Assembly (NCBI GenBank): GCA_964388035.1
Contig: CAYLZE010000047.1
Coordinates: 2,528 to 34,541, forward strand
DNA: 32,014 nucleotides
Reading direction: 5' to 3'
Origin: an uncultured archaeon
Lineage (GTDB): Archaea > Asgardarchaeota > Lokiarchaeia > Sigyniarchaeales > SOKP01
Shown here: positions 25,718 through 32,014 of the stretch, in pieces
How positions within the stretch are numbered: the first letter of the stretch is position 1
Layout of the letters: every line of letters starts with the position of its first letter
Translations under genes and position numbers: made by a program
The notes under the pieces: model-generated
What the model saw: only the letters and a program-made list of their open reading frames with translations
What the model was told of the DNA's origin: nothing
Databases searched by the model: none

Positions 25718-26938
25718 TTAAGAAATCTTTACCATATCAGGATTATTCGGGCCAAAATGCTTAAGCATGACAATCGGTTCCACATCAGATTGATTTGAGA
25801 TTGTTATTCCCTCCTTGGCAACTTGCTCACTGATAAAAAATTCATCATTAGTCAATTGCCCATATCTGATTAAAGACGGGGTTTCAATCTTCCAATTATT
25901 CATCAATCCGTATCCTTGTAGCATGATCATTCCATAAGCCGCATTATCTTTAATTACAGCTTTTTTACCTGGCAAAATCGTTAATTCTTTTGCACTAAAC
26001 TCTTCAGATTTATAACAAATCCATTTCTCAATATATCCTTCTTTCTTCATTAGTTCTAACTGCTTTACCGGAATTGGAAGCATGAAATTCTTAGAACTAT
26101 AATCAGGATCAATATTTGCGTCCCAATCAATTATTTCCATTAAGTAATCAAAATCACCAATTTTACCTTCCGGAGTATTTTTCCATAAGAGTTCTTCTGA
26201 AATAATTTGCCCATTAGTAAGGGATTGATACATTGCAAATATGTCAGAAGCTTTTTGGGGTTCATACGTACAAAGACTGCCCGGTGCATGTAATACGCCC
26301 GGTGGAACATTCCATCCCGTACCAACACTAAGAGCATATGCCTTGGAAAAAGAAAGAATCTTATTATCTCCTTTTGTAAAATTTATCAAACTTTCTTTAA
26401 CTTGGCTTTTTGTAGTACCTGGGTTAAATCCAAAAAAAGTATAAGGGAAATCTCCTCCATGATTATTGACTTGAGCTGGAAAATAATATGCTTCAGGTTT
26501 TCCTTTTTGCCCCACGATTTTGGCATGTTGTTCGCGATGATGAATGTGGTGAGGAAGAGGGCCCTGATTGTCAAAAAACTTAGAATACATGGGCCATTCT
26601 TTAAATTCCTTCCACAAACGATCCCCTATAAGTTCTCCTTTCAATTCTTGCACGGCGTCTTTGAGTAAGAATTTTTTAAACTCGCCCCCTTCTAAAAATA
26701 TTACTTGACTTAAACCTTCATTGGGAGCTGTAAGAGGGCCATTATCAGCGGGCGTCGTGGATGAAAACCATCTCTCATCTATCCCTCCTCTATTACTCCC
26801 TAAAGCATAATAATCATTTGGATGCAACTTAATCCTTCTTCCCGGAATACAAAATGCTCGAGGCACCCAAGTGGGAGCCAGTTTAAAAATTCCCTTCCCA
26901 TCCTTAAATGTCCTCTCAATTAGATTTTCATTAACCAT
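25718..26938 (-). CDS. Cupin-fold protein related to class I mannose-6-phosphate isomerase
   Basis: ERW, SKFFD..PLPHHIH, GKPEAYY, VPPGVLHAPG...YEPQKASD metal-binding motifs. Confidence 0.75.
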   Translation of the reverse strand: MVNENLIERTFKDGKGIFKLAPTWVPRAFCIPGRRIKLHPNDYYALGSNRGGIDERWFSSTTPADNGPLTAPNEGLSQVIFLEGGEFKKFLLKDAVQELKGELIGDRLWKEFKEWPMYSKFFDNQGPLPHHIHHREQHAKIVGQKGKPEAYYFPAQVNNHGGDFPYTFFGFNPGTTKSQVKESLINFTKGDNKILSFSKAYALSVGTGWNVPPGVLHAPGSLCTYEPQKASDIFAMYQSLTNGQIISEELLWKNTPEGKIGDFDYLMEIIDWDANIDPDYSSKNFMLPIPVKQLELMKKEGYIEKWICYKSEEFSAKELTILPGKKAVIKDNAAYGMIMLQGYGLMNNWKIETPSLIRYGQLTNDEFFISEQVAKEGITISNQSDVEPIVMLKHFGPNNPDMVKIS

Positions 26939-27132
26939 GATGAATTGCTCTTTAATTAATTATATTCCATAAATTTCGAATCACAAAAATATAGTTAAAA
27001 ATGGTATTTTAATTATTCTTTTTAATTGAAGACTTGAAAACTTATTGACCGACAAATAAGGGAGAAAAGGATATTTTTATTATACATTAATCCTAATTTA
27101 TTAGTTATATAATTCTTAAAAATTTATGAACC

Positions 27133-27816
27133 ATGAAGATAGTGATTTTTGCACCACATCCAGATGATGAGATATATGGATGTGGAGGAAGCATACTGAA
27201 ATGGATGGATGAAGGATATGATTTACATATCGTCTACGTCACAGATAATCGTGTCCTTATTAAATGGGGGCGAGAAAACGATCAATTATTAGAGGAAGAA
27301 GTAAAGGAATTTATTGATTTGAATGAAGATCAAGTAGCTCAAATTGCATTGAACGAAGCTGTGAGTGCCGCAAAAGCTTTTGGATTTTCTGATAACCATA
27401 TTCATTTATTTAAATTCCATGATCAAGATGCTATCAACAAGGTAAATGAAGGTATAACCTTATCCCAACCTATAATTAAAGATGCAGATCGAATCGTACT
27501 GTCGAGTGATAATAATAATCACGTGGATCATCAAGCTACCCACCTAATTGCCAAGCGTTCTGCACAAGAGTCTAATTTAAAAAATGCTGAGTATTACGTT
27601 TATGCTATTTATAATCTTTTAAAAATTCCCAAAGAAAAGCAAATAAAAGTAAATATTGCCGATTATCGGGAGAAAGTCTATGAAATAATGAAAAATTACA
27701 AAACACAATTATGCTTGAAAGACACTCGACTTGGATGGGAAACACTTAAAAGAAAGAGGATTGAACGTTTTGGGCTATTTAAATACGAGGATATGAATAA
27801 ATTCTACAATTTCTAA
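27133..27816 (+). CDS. PIG-L/LmbE-family deacetylase
   Basis: FAPHPDDEIYGCGG, VYVTD, NHVDH, YKTQ. Confidence 0.9.
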   Translation: MKIVIFAPHPDDEIYGCGGSILKWMDEGYDLHIVYVTDNRVLIKWGRENDQLLEEEVKEFIDLNEDQVAQIALNEAVSAAKAFGFSDNHIHLFKFHDQDAINKVNEGITLSQPIIKDADRIVLSSDNNNHVDHQATHLIAKRSAQESNLKNAEYYVYAIYNLLKIPKEKQIKVNIADYREKVYEIMKNYKTQLCLKDTRLGWETLKRKRIERFGLFKYEDMNKFYNF

Positions 27817-27873
27817 AAGAAAGGTTTCAAAATTAATATCCTCCTTAATGGTTTATTTTAATCGATACACCTC

Positions 27874-28581
27874 TTATAATTGTGTCCCGCAAGCACGACA
27901 GATTTTCGTACCCGGAGGGTTTTCATGACCGCAAGCAAAACATATAACTTCTCCCGAATCACTTGTTTTATCTAATTTTATTTGAATATCTTCAGAGGAT
28001 AGTTCTGTTTTACTATCAACCTTATTCTGAGGTACGAACAAATCATGCTCGCTCTCTTGCTTTAAAAGATTTTGGATGTACTCTTCATCATGTGGCGCGA
28101 GAATTTTAAAGTCTTGATCGGGTTTAATCTCTTTAAATCCTTCTGGAAGATTTTTCAAATCCGAATCAATAATTTGCTTCGTTGAAGGGGGCTTTTTTTC
28201 AGGAGCTGGAATTTTGTCATCTTCCGATATCGATATACCACCTTTTTTCTCAATCCCTTCTTCGCTCGGGCCTACTTCCTCTGCTTCATATAAAGGCTGC
28301 TCTTCATCAACCATTACTTTTGCATTCGAGTCAATGTGGGATATGGGTGGTGCTCTTGCTTTCATTTTCAATTCTTTCACATGCTCGATGATCTGCTCGG
28401 TTTTTTGAATTAACATGGATCTAAACGTGAATTCTATGTCTGCTCGTTTGGAAGTATTTAAGGTTAATTCAGAGACTTCGATCCATCTCTTAATTGCATC
28501 TTCCCATTCCTTTCTTTTTTCGGATCTATTAGCACTTGATATCTTCTCTTTGAGTTGTATATTGAATTGTGCTATATCCAT
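27874..28581 (-). CDS. MIT-like three-helix domain, acidic linker and C-terminal zinc ribbon
   Basis: ANRSEKRKEWEDAIKRW...QKTEQIIEHVKELK; C-terminal CFACG..CRACG. Confidence 0.65.
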   Translation of the reverse strand: MDIAQFNIQLKEKISSANRSEKRKEWEDAIKRWIEVSELTLNTSKRADIEFTFRSMLIQKTEQIIEHVKELKMKARAPPISHIDSNAKVMVDEEQPLYEAEEVGPSEEGIEKKGGISISEDDKIPAPEKKPPSTKQIIDSDLKNLPEGFKEIKPDQDFKILAPHDEEYIQNLLKQESEHDLFVPQNKVDSKTELSSEDIQIKLDKTSDSGEVICFACGHENPPGTKICRACGTQL

Positions 28582-29084
28582 TTCATAACCTTCTTTATTA
28601 AATTATGTTAATTTATGTATTAGAAAAAAATACAATTATTAAATTATATACCATATTTTTATTTATATTTCTTGTTAAGACCAATTTTTTCATAAAATAC
28701 CATATTTAGAATAAATATTATTTACTTATTATCCTCCTTAAACAATACTATTTGTTTTATTAGCTTTTGGTTCAATTTAATTCAATTATAGTTAAAGATA
28801 GAGGCTCATTAGGTGTATTTGATTCTTCTTAAAGAGATAGAAGATATTTGCTCAGGGTTGTTCAACTTTAATCAATTTAAGTATCTTTAATAATTTATGG
28901 AAAGAAAATCGATTTTAAAAATAAATTTATAATCATTCTCTCTCTAGAAAATATAGTACAAATGTAATATTATTATCCCCATTTAAATAGATTAACAAGT
29001 AGGAACATGCTATTTTAGTTATTTGCCTTACAAAATTCCTAAATAGAATTGAAATTTATTAATAATAAACCTCTTTAGCCTATT

Positions 29085-30977
29085 ATGCCAATTACTCCCT
29101 TTTCTAATAATGAATTGGATTTAATAAAGAAAGTATTAAACGAAAGCGGGTGGCATTTAAGGGGATTTTTAGAAAATTACCAAAGATTTAGTGTAAAAAA
29201 AAATAATTTCGTCCTATTTTCTATTAAATTACCAATTGAGTTAGAATTAAAAATTAATTTTCCCATTGAACTTATTAAATTCCATACCTCTACTAGTTTT
29301 CAATTTTGGAGCATGAATTCTAATACTTCCATGTTAATTCAGAACTTTGCGGAAAATCTTAAAAGTTTGAAAGAGAGAACCAATATAGAACTTGATTTTG
29401 CTCTGGGGGAAAAAGAGGATGATTTAATTGAACTACTGAATAAATTAATCCCGGAACCAATGAGAAATGAAGAAGAAAGAAATTTTCTCAATCGAGTTAG
29501 GGTCTCCATTATGAATAAAAAAGATGCACTTTATGATTTAAATACTCCTGATTTAAATTGGATTTTAGAGATTCTTAAATCCTTATCCCTCTTTCCTACT
29601 TTCAAACTCCCTTGGGAATTAAAAAAAGGAATTGCCCGATTTAGACTCTCTGAACTTTTAATCTTTTCCAATGAAGAACCTGAATTTTTTTTACTAGAAA
29701 AAGATGGCTACATGACATATTTCAAAGATCTTCGTTATAATAAATTTTTTATTAGATCCTACTTCGAAACATATTACTTTCCCTTTTTATTAAAGTTATA
29801 TGGAACAGATTTAGATTTTAGAAATAAATTTCGTCTACTTTTAGAAGACTGCGTGAAATTTTCTAGATTCTTCTTGAATTCCGTAGTGGAAGTAATTGAT
29901 TCCTTGGATATAAACAAAAATGAACTCATTGAATTTAAACCCGAGAAAGAATTGATAAGTAAGAGTTTTTTGGAAGGATATAATAATTTTCCTTTCTCCG
30001 CGCTTTATTTTGAAGCACAATTTCAGAAAGAATTATATTCCATTCGCACAGATTTACTAAATACTCCTCCCCAAGATTTTAAGGTTCTTCAATCAATAGA
30101 TTTTCTAATTAAAGCGGAAATTTTAATTCGAAGGTTAGAAATAAAAAAAGCAATTGAATTTTTAGAGAAATCTCTTGAAATCATAGAAAATATTGATCAA
30201 ATTAAACTTCTTGTCACGATTTATTTATTATTAGCTAAAACGTATCGATTGTTGAAACAATATAGCATTTCCTTAAAATACTTGAATAAATCGTTTAATT
30301 TGGCAAAAGCAGGAAAAATTTCCATAGAATTCATCTTAAAGATTCATTATGAATACGGAAGAATTTATTTTATATTACATGACCATGAAAATGCTGAATC
30401 TCACTTTCAGGTTCTGATTGGCTTTCTTAATAAGGAAAAAAAATACAACATGAAAGTAAAATGCTTAGCAAAATCTTATATTTATTTAGGATTGATCAAT
30501 ACTCACAGAAATAACCTTCCCGAAGCGAAGAAATGTTTTACTAAAGCACGCGAAATAGGGAAAAACCTTCCATCACTAATGATAAAATTATTTCAATCCC
30601 AAATCAAAGAATTTAAACGACAAAATAAGATATCCCAAGCTCAGAAATATATACGCTTCCTCCTAAATTCAGAAGATTTCAATATCAATGATGAACAATA
30701 CAAAAAACATTATATTGATATTTTGCTTGAACTGGCCAGCATACAAATAAAAATTAGAAAAAATAGAAAAAGTGCACTGCAAGCTTTAACTAAGATTCAA
30801 GAACTTTTTGAAAATACCGAAGATTCTATCCGAATCTTCGAATATAAAATGAGATGGAATCTTCTGATGGCAAGTTATTTTAAAAATTTTGAAAAAGATG
30901 ATAAAAATTATATAAAATATTATGATAAAAGTCAGCAGATAAAAGAAAAATTAATAAAAATTGGAATTATTTATTAA
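29085..30977 (+). CDS. TPR-repeat protein with an uncharacterised N-terminal domain
   Basis: C-terminal TPR-like units ([44 protein letters not shown]). Confidence 0.75.
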   Translation: MPITPFSNNELDLIKKVLNESGWHLRGFLENYQRFSVKKNNFVLFSIKLPIELELKINFPIELIKFHTSTSFQFWSMNSNTSMLIQNFAENLKSLKERTNIELDFALGEKEDDLIELLNKLIPEPMRNEEERNFLNRVRVSIMNKKDALYDLNTPDLNWILEILKSLSLFPTFKLPWELKKGIARFRLSELLIFSNEEPEFFLLEKDGYMTYFKDLRYNKFFIRSYFETYYFPFLLKLYGTDLDFRNKFRLLLEDCVKFSRFFLNSVVEVIDSLDINKNELIEFKPEKELISKSFLEGYNNFPFSALYFEAQFQKELYSIRTDLLNTPPQDFKVLQSIDFLIKAEILIRRLEIKKAIEFLEKSLEIIENIDQIKLLVTIYLLLAKTYRLLKQYSISLKYLNKSFNLAKAGKISIEFILKIHYEYGRIYFILHDHENAESHFQVLIGFLNKEKKYNMKVKCLAKSYIYLGLINTHRNNLPEAKKCFTKAREIGKNLPSLMIKLFQSQIKEFKRQNKISQAQKYIRFLLNSEDFNINDEQYKKHYIDILLELASIQIKIRKNRKSALQALTKIQELFENTEDSIRIFEYKMRWNLLMASYFKNFEKDDKNYIKYYDKSQQIKEKLIKIGIIY

Positions 30978-31170
30978 ATTTCGACCTTTTTGCGCTAAGA
31001 CTATCGGGTTGTCCTCCGAATTTCTTTTTTATAACTCTGCGTTTATATAATTCTCTATAACGCACTCTTGGAGGATTTTTTGCATTAGCATTGACTCCTG
31101 ATTTGGAGATCTTAGGTGTTTGCTGTCTTACTTTACCTGCTTTGGTCAAACTTCCATGAGATCCGGGCAT
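30967..31170 (-). CDS. rps30e: 30S ribosomal protein S30e
   Basis: [17 protein letters not shown]...[12 protein letters not shown]. Confidence 0.95.
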   Translation of the reverse strand: MPGSHGSLTKAGKVRQQTPKISKSGVNANAKNPPRVRYRELYKRRVIKKKFGGQPDSLSAKRSKFNK

Positions 31171-31390
31171 TTAACATTTACACTCCTTATTTTTACTTAA
31201 ACATGATTTATAATTTAATTAAAATATATTAGCAATATTTTTCTTCATATCATAAAAAAGAATACACCCTCAAAAATCTTTTTCTTACAATTCATTAAGA
31301 CCAAATATCGGACTCCAAATAGTTTATAGAAATTTTATCATTTATTATTCTAAGAATAATATTATTTATTATCAGAGTGAAAGATTTAAA

Positions 31391-31552
31391 ATGACTAGTG
31401 ACAAAGTAAAACCAGATAAAAAAGAAATAGAAAAAGCAGAGGAAAAGATATTATTCGGAGAAAAAATGACTACTTGTTTTGCATGTGGTGAAGTAATAAA
31501 AGAAGGAACAAAAAAATGTCCATATTGTGAAACTAAACAAAAACTTAGCTAA
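31391..31552 (+). CDS. Small zinc-ribbon protein, 53 aa (not in ORF track)
   Basis: MTSDKVKPDKKEIEKAEEKILFGEKMTTCFACGEVIKEGTKKCPYCETKQKLS*. Confidence 0.8.
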   Translation: MTSDKVKPDKKEIEKAEEKILFGEKMTTCFACGEVIKEGTKKCPYCETKQKLS

Positions 31553-31832
31553 ATAAATTTAATAATTAAGCTTTAATGGAAAGACTTGATATATTTTTTT
31601 TTACAAGCAATGCACGCCTTTAAGAATTTGTTTGATTAAAATGAGTCCCCATTGTTGATGAATCATAATTCTGCTTGAAATTTGGTCTGAAAAATCTTTT
31701 ACTATTTTCAATTTTAAATAGAAGCTTTCTTAATTCTAAATTTTATAAATTGTAAGAAATAAGATTTTGAATAAAAAAGCTCTCTTATTACCTTAGTATT
31801 CATGATATTGAGATTTCCATTTTATAAAAGTG

Positions 31833-32014
31833 ATGAGTATGGTTCAGGTACAAATCAGGTGTCCTAAATGCCAGCATAATGGATATATAGAACTTGACCA
31901 AGATTTGGTCAATAAAAATACCAATGGAATTTTAACTGTAGAAGTGAAAGCTTCTAACATTTGCGAACATGACTTTATAATATATTTGGATAAAAATTTT
32001 AAAGTAAGAGATTA
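31833..32014 (+). CDS. Partial ORF with an N-terminal CPxC...CEH zinc-binding domain
   Basis: MSMVQVQIRCPKCQHNGYIE...GILTVEV..NICEHDFIIYLDKNFKVRD, open to the window edge. Confidence 0.75.
   Translation, partial: MSMVQVQIRCPKCQHNGYIELDQDLVNKNTNGILTVEVKASNICEHDFIIYLDKNFKVRD

Noticed and set aside
939-28408. Short ORF-track entries overlapping or antisense to real genes (e.g. 939-1127, 3974-4183, 9869-10117, 20927-21154, 23675-23947, 24497-24751)
   Set aside because: Shadow ORFs with no motifs, overlapping better-supported genes or regulatory elements.
28582-29084. 500-bp intergenic region as an ncRNA or hidden gene
   Set aside because: Very AT-rich, with no convincing ORF, stable structure or repeats; consistent with divergent promoters.
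31553-31829. Short minus-strand open frames
   Set aside because: Short, in different frames, with no motif or clear start.

Overview
An AT-rich archaeal chromosomal window, most likely Lokiarchaeia (Asgard). The assignment is inferred from ribosomal protein S30e, a NOG1 GTPase, mfnE/mfnF, a Sec-type selenophosphate synthetase with a 3'-UTR eukaryote-like SECIS, and several MIT/TPR/zinc-ribbon proteins. No rRNA, tRNA, CRISPR array or transposase was recognised. Main observation: the cinA-like gene (minus strand, 24767-25594) is not simply broken. It carries a 30-nt insertion with two in-frame stops (25355-25384) that folds into a canonical bulge-helix-bulge (BHB) motif, and cutting at the standard splicing-endonuclease positions exactly restores the conserved SGGLGPTFDD motif. 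This is a tRNA-type intron in a protein-coding gene. A second, stop-free 33-nt BHB-like intron candidate lies in-frame inside the FAD-oxidoreductase gene (2319-2351), suggesting mRNA splicing may not be a one-off in this genome. Also present: a probable selenium/sulfur uptake-and-relay cluster (split YedE, TusA, triple DsrE/F/H-fold fusion, second TusA-like protein, CxxC protein, Sec-SelD plus SECIS), a type II pantothenate kinase, and a HEAT/winged-helix/Ig protein. All family assignments come from motif recognition by eye, not from database searches.
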